A stretch of DNA of 64,000 bases from a virus. Made by a program: the position numbers and the translations under genes. Location: the IMG/VR virus record IMGVR_UViG_3300007734_000758. The stretch is one strand, 5' to 3'. Numbering within the stretch: position 1 is the first letter of the stretch; each line of letters begins with the position of its first letter. Below the pieces are notes generated by a model. That model was given only the letters and a program-made list of their open reading frames with translations, was not told the DNA's origin and ran no database searches. Shown one piece after another: positions 47,668-57,055 of this stretch.

Positions 47668-47689
47668 ATACTATAAATATATTTAACAT

Positions 47690-47896
47690 TTAATTATACA
47701 AATTATATATAAGGTCGTTTAAGTTAGTGTATGAACTCCCACCGTCTATCGTTACAGACAGGTCTAACCAAATAAATCCTCGGTCCGTAGGTATCGATAC
47801 TTGTGAGTCCGATATAATCTCATATGAATTACCATCGAAATAATATTCTAAACCACGCATCAAAAATCCGCCATCGATCTTTTCTATGTTAAGCAT
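47690..47896 (-). CDS. Small fibre-associated protein
   Basis: Overlaps the stop of the large fibre gene. Confidence 0.55.
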   Translation of the reverse strand: MLNIEKIDGGFLMRGLEYYFDGNSYEIISDSQVSIPTDRGFIWLDLSVTIDGGSSYTNLNDLIYNLYN

Positions 47897-50800
47897 ATTC
47901 CGTTATCCTCACTTTATATACACATGATATATCTAGAGCACTAGCATTTTGTGCAGAAAATAGAAAATATAAATCTGAAGAATCATCAACCGTAACCGTC
48001 GTATTGGGATTGACACCACCCAGGACATTATAATCTGACGTAAGTGTCGTCGTGGTGCTCGCAATTAGACCGACAGTGCCCATCTTTTGCATATCACGAG
48101 CTAGTTTGAGAGAGCCTTGGCCGGCAGTCAATGACTGTATTCCTAATTGTGTTGCTCCGGTCAATGAATCGGTTGTATTTATGTGTGCTCTATACGCTAT
48201 AGAACCGCTGGTACCCGCAACCCGTAATGCTGACCATACAATCTCGATGGTTGAATTTGTGCGTAGAGTATTTGCTGGTACTAATATTGAAACACTACTA
48301 GTAGCGGCCGTTCCGCCGGTCACATTTGATCCGGTACCCGGAAACGCGCCTATAAGTCTAGGGCCTGGAAAGTTGGATGCATAACTTGCAGTTCCTACTA
48401 GAGCACCGACGAAATACGAAGCCGTTAACGCATTCTGTGTTGGATTATACTGCAATCCAGTATCTATGCCTAACGGTCGTGATCCAGATCCGGCAGATAG
48501 CACTACGTAGAATTGGTTGGGGCTAGACTCTTGCGATCCAATCTCCGATTCTTTTGCAAGATTTGCATATGATGCAGTCACTGCAAAGTCTGCGGTTCCT
48601 ACCAAATCTCCCTTAAAATATGAAGCAGTCACTGCATTCTGTGTAGCATTGTACCTCAATCCGGAATCTACATATAATGGCCTAGAACCAGCACCATCTA
48701 CAAATACAGGAAGGTATGGACCATTGCCGGTATTCTGTGATGTTATCAACGACTCTGCTGACATTATTGCATATGATGAGGTAACAGCGAAACTTGAAGT
48801 TCCTAATAATGATCCGGTTACTCCTCCCGTTATTCCTAACGAGCCGGTTATTTGGTAATTCCCGGTTAATATCTTTTTATTGACCCATTTACCGGACGCA
48901 TTATCATAAATAAGAAGATCACCATCAAGTATAGAAGCGACTGCTACATCGGTTAGTGCTGATAGTGTGGTTGAAGTACCTCCGGTACCGCCTCCGCCAA
49001 CACCAGTCGCTGCTCGGAATAGAGGCGCCTGTACTATCTTATTATTACCAGTATCTAATAAGTCTGTTGTGTTCCCACGAACTAGTAAGTACGCCGAAAG
49101 AACATAAGCATTTTTAGTTGATACATCCTCCGTAAATGGATCTGATGCTAAACCAGAAATAGCTTCATTTAATGTACTATATACAGACTGCCCGTAGTAT
49201 ACGTGAGCTCTTCCCGATATCGGATTTACAGTAACTCGTTGTATACTCCAGTTATTATTTCCTACAGTCTGTAAAATACCAGAACCGTTATCATAATTGA
49301 CCGGGTCGATTTCTGTGTAATATGCGCCGGCGTTATTATCAAATTTATATCCAGAACCACTACGGTATATCCTAATAATACTTGCAGTGGGGAACGATGA
49401 GTTTTGCGTATAAGTACTCGGAAAATCAGGCGTATATTGGTAGTATCCACCCATATTAAACGCTTCACCGTTAGATACGTTTAATCTTAAAGTACCCGTC
49501 TGACCCGAAATCTCAAATCCTGAAATCTTTAATGGGCCCAGTGCCCTAATTAAGACATTCTGCTGAGCATCTATATCATAATTTGTAGTTATGTTAGCGG
49601 AAACACCATTAATAGTAGAGCTGTTATAATGCGATACGCGACCTAACGGAATATAATTATGATACTCTTCCGGCGTAAAGAATGTAGATTGCTGATTAAT
49701 ACTGCCATTGCTACCTACATATACATACGTATTTTGTGTCGTGGCAATATTCGTTACGGGCACGGTTTGTGTGGGCCATGTTACATATATAACCGTCGGG
49801 CCTATTTCAGAACCACTAGTAGCATTATGATTTACGATTAAGCCGGATCCAGATGAAACTGAGAATTGGTTTGTGGATCCACTGTATGATAATACACCAC
49901 CATATAATATGCCCGTGTTTAACATTCCCTCAAACCATTTCCATTTGACTAGATTTCCATCCTGTCGTATATATAGGTCCCGTCCCAATGATGTATTAGA
50001 AGAACTAACAAATAGGAAAGTATTTTGTGCATCTAAACCATTCGGGTCTGGATCTTGTGTGGGTTTAAAATCTATAGCACCACTAATGATAACTGTCTGA
50101 TGCAATGGATTTACATAGGATGCAGTCAATGCGTATGAAGCGGATACCGCTATTAACGACCAATGTAAATGACCAGTACCGTCATTCTGCAAGAAAGTAC
50201 CCCAAATACCGGAACCGGATGGTAAATATATGTTATCTGAAACTCCGTTCGGTTCCCGATATATTGAGGTAGTACCAGATCCAGAAGTAATTCGTATTAC
50301 GCCCGGCTCTATTTTAGTATATGTATCAGCTAAACTACCAGAGAGCTCAATAGTACCAGGACCTAATTTTAGAGGTCCTTCAGTATCATTCCTAATTTCT
50401 ATTAAACCGGGAGTTATATCTACTACACCACCACCAGTCAACTCTGCCGGATTTCCCACATCATCACGTATCGTGATTCCGGTGCCGGTAGTCTTACCGA
50501 GAAGTTTGGTGTTACCACCAGAAAAATTAGGTCCGTATACTATGGTCTCTAACGCTGCCTGGTTGGATTGATAATCGAAATATTGAAACTTAAAAATCTG
50601 TTCTGTATTATCGTATATCGGATCTATCTTAGTCAGTAATCTAGCATAATTAGGTGAAAACCCGTTTTCTACCGGAACTATTATTTGAATTCGATTGAAC
50701 GCCCAGCGACCTGAACGTATTACAAATACCGGTCGTATTTGTCCGTTACCTAGTGCCTTAAAATCAAAAATCGCATCATCAAACTTCGCATCCGTTCCTT

Positions 50801-52469
50801 CCAAACTACCGACATATACACCATACTGAGAAGTTAAATTCTCCGTATCGAGTATTCCGGTTCGATATTTGCTAGGCCCAAGTAAAATATTTTTACTTCC
50901 ACTTAAGAAAACATCAACCCTAGGCGTCGGATATCTTGAAGAAACCATATCGGCACTAGCTTCAGCATATGCACCAAAACGCAAACTATATTGTGTATCT
51001 CGATAGATTGTGGGAGTGTATTCTACTTTAGGAGCAAATTCGACATATGAATTGTTATAGTATGCAAATCCTAATCCACCCGTGCCACCAATACGAATCC
51101 CGTCAATTATATTATCGTCTACTGCCCTAACTCGAACGGTGAACGTACCATCTACGTTATAATAACTGCTTGAAAAATATGTATCGATACTTCCAGTGTA
51201 TATATTAGATAGTTCAACCTCTTGAATACCTGAAGCGATACTGGCAGTAATTCTGTTTTTGTCGCGTAGAATATTATACGGGACTAAAACAGTTTCTCCA
51301 TTATCAATAAAATCACCGAAAAGACCCGTGGGCTTATAATAAGTTCGTATCTTATAGATTGAACCACCTCCAGGAGCTAAATCAGTAAATTCACAATCCA
51401 CAAATGATGCGGTGTAACTACTTGCAGTGGCGTTGGTGCGCAACTTAATATAACTAGCAGTAATGTTGGTACTCGCTTCAAATGAATTGATAGTTGTGGT
51501 CTTCGTTGTACCATCAGTTGCTACGTATGAAAACGTGTACTTAAATGGATTATCTACATTTATGGTAGATGAATTCACTACATCTATAATTGATGCAGAG
51601 TATACAATTGTAGCCGGATCATGTAATGCAGGATTTGCAATATCGCCCGGTAAATATTTTGTTACCTTTGCGTTTCTAACAATAACCTTTCCGCCCACCA
51701 TATCTTTAGTGAAAGTGAATCCAGAAGATTTTATAGAATTGCTTCCCAAACCACTAACGGTAATATACTCGCCACTAGTAGCCAATGCACCAGCAACGGT
51801 AGGTCGTGCCTGTATATTACGTTTATATGTAGTATCTAACTGTGCCTCAATAAACTCGTTAGAACGACGATTACCAGACAATACATTTTCTGAACGTATG
51901 TATGATTGTAATTGAAATGTAGCCGTTCCAGATCCGGTTACAGTAGCGTCAATTGAACTTCCAGATGCAGGCACAACATACGGTACGGTTCTTTCACGAA
52001 TTGTAACCGTAGGGCGCTGGGTAAATATGATTTCGGTACTGTTCTTTGTAACGGGAGAAACTTCCAAATCTGCGTACCAGACCACATTTAATTCGTTGCT
52101 CTGAGGACTCAAGATCTCCCCGTTAAGCCCTTCGCGTGCAACTGAAGCCAGGTATATACGGGCCGGGCCCGGAGCTGAATCTGGGTAAATATGGATAGAA
52201 ATCGAGCGTGATTTATCACTGCCTACATAATTGAGTACTTCGTGATATATCGTGTTCCCGGCAGCATCAATTAGCTCAACTAGAACGGGCGCACCTGTCA
52301 CCAACGTTCCTGATTTGGGAGCTAGCTTTAACAGATTTTTACCGGAGGTTAACAGCTTCGGCAACGAGACGATGTTGAAATACTTTGGTGATAAATCACT
52401 AGTATCAACTACATCTGCGGTTTGGATTAGATTAGATAGATATAACGGATTAAGTTGCTGTTTAACCAT
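47889..52469 (-). CDS. Large (1526 aa) tail fibre / baseplate-attached virion protein
   Basis: S/T/G-rich beta protein; LSALTDV...GDLL.YD..SGKWVN fibre motif; xASY repeats; distinct C-terminal tip. Confidence 0.7.
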   Translation of the reverse strand: MVKQQLNPLYLSNLIQTADVVDTSDLSPKYFNIVSLPKLLTSGKNLLKLAPKSGTLVTGAPVLVELIDAAGNTIYHEVLNYVGSDKSRSISIHIYPDSAPGPARIYLASVAREGLNGEILSPQSNELNVVWYADLEVSPVTKNSTEIIFTQRPTVTIRERTVPYVVPASGSSIDATVTGSGTATFQLQSYIRSENVLSGNRRSNEFIEAQLDTTYKRNIQARPTVAGALATSGEYITVSGLGSNSIKSSGFTFTKDMVGGKVIVRNAKVTKYLPGDIANPALHDPATIVYSASIIDVVNSSTINVDNPFKYTFSYVATDGTTKTTTINSFEASTNITASYIKLRTNATASSYTASFVDCEFTDLAPGGGSIYKIRTYYKPTGLFGDFIDNGETVLVPYNILRDKNRITASIASGIQEVELSNIYTGSIDTYFSSSYYNVDGTFTVRVRAVDDNIIDGIRIGGTGGLGFAYYNNSYVEFAPKVEYTPTIYRDTQYSLRFGAYAEASADMVSSRYPTPRVDVFLSGSKNILLGPSKYRTGILDTENLTSQYGVYVGSLEGTDAKFDDAIFDFKALGNGQIRPVFVIRSGRWAFNRIQIIVPVENGFSPNYARLLTKIDPIYDNTEQIFKFQYFDYQSNQAALETIVYGPNFSGGNTKLLGKTTGTGITIRDDVGNPAELTGGGVVDITPGLIEIRNDTEGPLKLGPGTIELSGSLADTYTKIEPGVIRITSGSGTTSIYREPNGVSDNIYLPSGSGIWGTFLQNDGTGHLHWSLIAVSASYALTASYVNPLHQTVIISGAIDFKPTQDPDPNGLDAQNTFLFVSSSNTSLGRDLYIRQDGNLVKWKWFEGMLNTGILYGGVLSYSGSTNQFSVSSGSGLIVNHNATSGSEIGPTVIYVTWPTQTVPVTNIATTQNTYVYVGSNGSINQQSTFFTPEEYHNYIPLGRVSHYNSSTINGVSANITTNYDIDAQQNVLIRALGPLKISGFEISGQTGTLRLNVSNGEAFNMGGYYQYTPDFPSTYTQNSSFPTASIIRIYRSGSGYKFDNNAGAYYTEIDPVNYDNGSGILQTVGNNNWSIQRVTVNPISGRAHVYYGQSVYSTLNEAISGLASDPFTEDVSTKNAYVLSAYLLVRGNTTDLLDTGNNKIVQAPLFRAATGVGGGGTGGTSTTLSALTDVAVASILDGDLLIYDNASGKWVNKKILTGNYQITGSLGITGGVTGSLLGTSSFAVTSSYAIMSAESLITSQNTGNGPYLPVFVDGAGSRPLYVDSGLRYNATQNAVTASYFKGDLVGTADFAVTASYANLAKESEIGSQESSPNQFYVVLSAGSGSRPLGIDTGLQYNPTQNALTASYFVGALVGTASYASNFPGPRLIGAFPGTGSNVTGGTAATSSVSILVPANTLRTNSTIEIVWSALRVAGTSGSIAYRAHINTTDSLTGATQLGIQSLTAGQGSLKLARDMQKMGTVGLIASTTTTLTSDYNVLGGVNPNTTVTVDDSSDLYFLFSAQNASALDISCVYKVRITEYA

Positions 52470-52479
52470 ATATCTATAA

Positions 52480-55400
52480 TTATGGTTCGAACATCAATTT
52501 AGAGTATCCATTTTCTTTATGTAATTCGATGTGCTTATCTGCCATGTCTCTAGATGAATCTATGTGAGAAATCATCATTATAAACTGAAATTGTGTCTTT
52601 AAATATTCGAACATTATTCCGATTGTAGTTAACATCGTACTATCTAAATTACCTAAACCTTCATCAATCACTAAGAAGTTGGTTCTGGGTAATGCGGATA
52701 TGTTTATTAGTGAGGTTCGTATTGCAAGAGATGAAATAAACCGTTCCATACCGGAAACCAATTCTATCGGCCATACATTATCATCATCATAAACAATATA
52801 CCCGTTGATATTCTTTCCATCCGTATTGAGAAGGATATTGAAATCTACTATCTCACTTAAAATGTTATTGATTTCAAATTCTAATTTAGGTAATGCCTTC
52901 TCAATCAACTGATATGGAATACCATCCCTACTCACACATTCTAAATAGTATTGATATGCAGTGTGCAGGATTTCTAAACGTTGCAGTTCCTCCATACCTG
53001 CATTGGCAGCTGCTAATTCTTTCTCAGTGACTGCCATCTGTATACCAAGACGATTAACTGCTTCATTTAATAAATCATAATCAGTCTGTGCTTTATTACG
53101 TTCATCACGCAATTCTACCAATTGACGGTTTATATCATCGTTCCAGACTATTGAAGATTCCTGCTGAATAGATTTTTGTAAGCGTTCGTTTAAAACGTTC
53201 AATTGGATATTTTCTTTTTCACGGTCAGAATTTAAATGTTTAATTTCTGACTCCTTTTTATGTATCGAGAATTCTAATGAACGAATGGTATTCTCTAACT
53301 CAGTAACCAATTTACGTTTCTCTGCCACTCTTGAACTAGAAACCACATCACGTAAAGTAACCAATTCATCCTCAATCCGTCGTAAATCATTTGATAAATC
53401 AGGTAATTGATTTTTAGCATCATTTGCCTGTTGCACAAACGTATTTCGAATACAATACTCGCATTCAGGATCATATTCATGATTCTTAAGAGTATCGATT
53501 AAATCATTACAATGTTTTATTTTAGAGGATAATTGCAACGATTGTTTCTCTAAACGATTTATCTCCGTTTTGGCGCTATTTAATTGATTTTCTTCTGTCA
53601 CCAACGCATCAAAATTTATTGATCCGATCTTTTCCTTTAAGGAATCATAATCCGTTTGAAATCCAGAAAGTACTACATTAGCCGTTTCTATATCTGAGTT
53701 GATTGCTTCAATCTTTGAAACTATTGCAGCAATCTCATTACGTATCAATTCCGGCTTTTTTAGTGTGTTGTCAATTGATTTTAGTTTAGACGTAGTGTCT
53801 AACAATAAATCATTCAATTCATTTAATAACGACTCAGCATCAGAACGTTCTTCACGCTTATCATCCAATGCTGCAGAATATTGACGTATTAATACTTCTA
53901 AGTCTTTGATCTTAGATGAATAATTTTGTAGGTTTGCCTGTTTTAAAAGAGTCGCCGTATCTTTTATCTCTTCATTCGCAACAGAATAGAGATTTTCAAA
54001 TATATTGATATCAAGGAAAGAAGCCAATAATTCTTTACGTTCACGTTGACTCTTATCAATAAATCCGGAGTTATTATTTTGTACTGAGTATGCCGTAATC
54101 ACAAAATCTTCATACTCACCGATATATTGACGTATTATCTTATTGGTCTCATCACGTTCCGAACCATTTAATATCTTTAAATCACCGTTATCTTCTACCT
54201 GATAGAAGTTAACCATTACCGGAACTTTACCCTGTGCATTACGTTTTCCCCTACGCTCGATTATATAATCGATCCCATCTATCTCAAACGATAATTGACA
54301 TGTAAACCAATTCTTTTTATTGTTTAATACATGAATAGATTTAGATGTTCTCGAACATTTATCAAAACAACAGAATGATAGTGCATCTAATAATGAACTC
54401 TTGCCGCTTGCATTGGCGGCAAACAATCCATACATACCAGACATATTTTGAAAGTCTATATAATTGTCTTCTCCATATGAAAACATATTACTAAATTCAA
54501 ATCGTTTCGGTATCCATACAATATTCCTTGATATCTGTAAATCAGTCAATTTAGAATTAGTCACTCGGTTGATGTGACGGATACCGTCTAATATTTCACT
54601 ACCTAAAACGTATTTATCGCTCAAGTACGAAGTGATAAGTTTATTCTGAACCTCGACATCGCGGATATTTATTGCATCGTTTTTATTGATATTCGAAGCG
54701 TCATTCGAAACACGAATCTTCTGTATGGATATCTCTTCTACTTTACGTTTTGTTTTTATTTCAGCGATGATAGAGGAAAGTACAGATGCGTCTGTATTTG
54801 TTACCCGTACACGAAGTCTGGGACGTTTAGGAATTGTATCTGACCAATTGGTCAATACACCATCCACAACATCCAGAGTATAATAACCATAATCATTTTT
54901 TATATCAACTGACAGTTGTGAATGTTTCTCTAAGTCCCACACCATCAATCCATGCGCATCCAGCGTTTCCCCATGTGACTGTTGAATTAATGATCCACAA
55001 TATGCAATAGAAGGCGCTTTGGGAGTTTCAGAGTATAATTGAAGGAACTGCCTTTTGTGTATATCTCCTAAAAGTACTAAATCGTGTCCATCAAATAATT
55101 CTTTAGTTACATTTAGATTAGACAATTCAATACCCAGATCTGTTTGGGCTTGATGTAATGCCCCGTGATGTAATGCAATTTTATACTCCGCATCAAACTT
55201 ATCTGCCAGAATAAAATCTTTCGGAGAATCAAAAACAGACATCACATTAAATGCTATCCCACCCATTCGGTATATACCAGTATCAATCCAATAATATAAA
55301 TTCGGTAATTGTAAGGCATTAATTATAGGAGTGAGTGCATCTAATCGATTTGTATTATTTAGATTACAATCGTGGTTTCCTGGTATAACAATTGTAGGCG

Positions 55401-55656
55401 CGATTGCTGCGAGTGATCTAAAGAATTCAGACACCACCGATACTAATTCTGGGGAAATATCTGTCTTAGAATGCACGATGTCTCCCGCTACATAGATAAC
55501 GGACGAATCTGTCTTTTTCTTTTGGATATATGTGTATAAACGATTGAATACCTGTTCATACTCTTTGTGGCGTTTTAGATTTCTAACATGGATATCACCA
55601 ATATGGAATATATGCGAAATCTTTTCTATACCACACTCTATCGTAATGTCTTTCAT
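52480..55656 (-). CDS. Fused SbcD/Mre11 nuclease and SbcC/Rad50 ATPase (T4 gp47-gp46-like)
   Basis: GDIH, AGDIVH, PGNHD, LGDIH; Walker A NASGKSS, CEYC zinc hook, VSGMERF, IDEGLGNLD, ISH. Confidence 0.9.
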   Translation of the reverse strand: MKDITIECGIEKISHIFHIGDIHVRNLKRHKEYEQVFNRLYTYIQKKKTDSSVIYVAGDIVHSKTDISPELVSVVSEFFRSLAAIAPTIVIPGNHDCNLNNTNRLDALTPIINALQLPNLYYWIDTGIYRMGGIAFNVMSVFDSPKDFILADKFDAEYKIALHHGALHQAQTDLGIELSNLNVTKELFDGHDLVLLGDIHKRQFLQLYSETPKAPSIAYCGSLIQQSHGETLDAHGLMVWDLEKHSQLSVDIKNDYGYYTLDVVDGVLTNWSDTIPKRPRLRVRVTNTDASVLSSIIAEIKTKRKVEEISIQKIRVSNDASNINKNDAINIRDVEVQNKLITSYLSDKYVLGSEILDGIRHINRVTNSKLTDLQISRNIVWIPKRFEFSNMFSYGEDNYIDFQNMSGMYGLFAANASGKSSLLDALSFCCFDKCSRTSKSIHVLNNKKNWFTCQLSFEIDGIDYIIERRGKRNAQGKVPVMVNFYQVEDNGDLKILNGSERDETNKIIRQYIGEYEDFVITAYSVQNNNSGFIDKSQRERKELLASFLDINIFENLYSVANEEIKDTATLLKQANLQNYSSKIKDLEVLIRQYSAALDDKREERSDAESLLNELNDLLLDTTSKLKSIDNTLKKPELIRNEIAAIVSKIEAINSDIETANVVLSGFQTDYDSLKEKIGSINFDALVTEENQLNSAKTEINRLEKQSLQLSSKIKHCNDLIDTLKNHEYDPECEYCIRNTFVQQANDAKNQLPDLSNDLRRIEDELVTLRDVVSSSRVAEKRKLVTELENTIRSLEFSIHKKESEIKHLNSDREKENIQLNVLNERLQKSIQQESSIVWNDDINRQLVELRDERNKAQTDYDLLNEAVNRLGIQMAVTEKELAAANAGMEELQRLEILHTAYQYYLECVSRDGIPYQLIEKALPKLEFEINNILSEIVDFNILLNTDGKNINGYIVYDDDNVWPIELVSGMERFISSLAIRTSLINISALPRTNFLVIDEGLGNLDSTMLTTIGIMFEYLKTQFQFIMMISHIDSSRDMADKHIELHKENGYSKLMFEP

Positions 55657-56588
55657 GAATTAAACATTTCTAAAATTTGTTTACTAAATAGGTCGCTACG
55701 GTCCATTATTTTAGCGTCCCTAATATATTTTACCATGCCCTCAAATCCTATCTCAGACGGGTCCTTTTGATGCAAATCAACAAAATAAACATTCTTTCCC
55801 ATAGCCATAAATTCTTCAGCGAATTCCAACGCATCTGCTCTCGCATCTAAATCAAGGCAAATATAGATTTCATTTACATCCTCTTCTAGGATCTTAAACC
55901 GAAGTGCATCGGGTACTGTTTTACCGAATAACGGAATTGCATTCCTTCGAACTGCAATCGCATCAAATGCTCCCTCAACCAAAACTATCGGGAGTGACCA
56001 ATTTATGAATGATTCGAACCCGATAATATCCTTACTTATTTTAGGATTTTTATGTTTGTGTTTATCATCTTTATAAAAGGCCCTGGATACAAAGAAATTC
56101 AGTCTACCGCGTGAATCATAACTCGGAATAATAATTTTTCCTGAATACGGGCCTTCTGTGCAGTATCCTATTCTATACCTAACAATCTCTTCGGGAGTTA
56201 TTCCTCGATTCAACATGTAATGTACTGCATTCCTATAATGCGGTGATGCCATATTCGGAACCCACAATGGTTCATATTCATATGGAAGAATTGCAGTTTC
56301 TTTAGTATCATCTGCTGCCTCTACATAGACACCATTACTGAGTATTTTTGTTAACTCCTTACGTATTTCTTTCGGAGCCTTTGCTTTAGACAGTAATGTA
56401 TATAAACTTTTACCGGAAGTATTACATACCCAACAGCGCCAATGCTGTAATTGGATATGCACTTGCAACTTCTTTTTATGGTGAGTGCAGAACGGACAAT
56501 AGAAACTAACATCCGTTTTACTTACAGTTGAAGCATCTCCTAGAACTCGTTCGAGTAACGATACAATCTCTTGGGTATTATCCAACAT
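55653..56588 (-). CDS. DNA primase (Zn ribbon + TOPRIM)
   Basis: CPFC..CWVC; VEGAFDAI; LDLDA; DPS. Confidence 0.88.
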   Translation of the reverse strand: MLDNTQEIVSLLERVLGDASTVSKTDVSFYCPFCTHHKKKLQVHIQLQHWRCWVCNTSGKSLYTLLSKAKAPKEIRKELTKILSNGVYVEAADDTKETAILPYEYEPLWVPNMASPHYRNAVHYMLNRGITPEEIVRYRIGYCTEGPYSGKIIIPSYDSRGRLNFFVSRAFYKDDKHKHKNPKISKDIIGFESFINWSLPIVLVEGAFDAIAVRRNAIPLFGKTVPDALRFKILEEDVNEIYICLDLDARADALEFAEEFMAMGKNVYFVDLHQKDPSEIGFEGMVKYIRDAKIMDRSDLFSKQILEMFNS

Positions 56589-56592
56589 ATAT

Positions 56593-56623
56593 GAAGTATA
56601 ATAAAAACACTTGTAACATCAAA
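56593..56623 (-). promoter_or_regulatory. Bacteroidota sigma70-like promoter for primase-sbcCD
   Basis: TTTG-N19-TATACTTC. Confidence 0.5.
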
Positions 56624-56624
56624 A

Positions 56625-57038
56625 TTATTTTAACCACTCTTTGGGTATTTCTTTCTCAGCCCAAACAATTCCATGCTTATCGCAGAACTGCCCATATGTG
56701 GTCTTACTATTTTTTGATATCCGTGTTTTTGCAGAAACGAAAACAATTCTAATATCCAATTCAGGATGCTGTTCTTTAATGAGTAGGTGTTTCTTCCTGT
56801 CCTCTGCTTCCCAACGTCCCTTACTTTCAATAAGAATTCCGTTCGGTAAAGTAAAATCAACTCTATAATTGTGTTTACTTTCCGGAACAATATAAGGAAT
56901 TGTTGTTATTTCATAAATTTCAGAAGCAGGAATTTTATGCTCAACTAATTGTTTTGCTATTTTAGATTCAAAACCACTCTTAAAGCCTTCCCGTATTGCT
57001 TTTTTTCTTACTTTGGATCGAGAATTCCATCCGCCCAT
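56625..57038 (-). CDS. T7 endonuclease I-like Holliday junction resolvase
   Basis: FKSGFE, Y.VDF.LPNGI.IESKG, DRKKHLLIKEQHPELDIR.VF, KTTYG. Confidence 0.9.
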   Translation of the reverse strand: MGGWNSRSKVRKKAIREGFKSGFESKIAKQLVEHKIPASEIYEITTIPYIVPESKHNYRVDFTLPNGILIESKGRWEAEDRKKHLLIKEQHPELDIRIVFVSAKTRISKNSKTTYGQFCDKHGIVWAEKEIPKEWLK

Positions 57039-57055
57039 ATAACCTTCTTTTGTTT

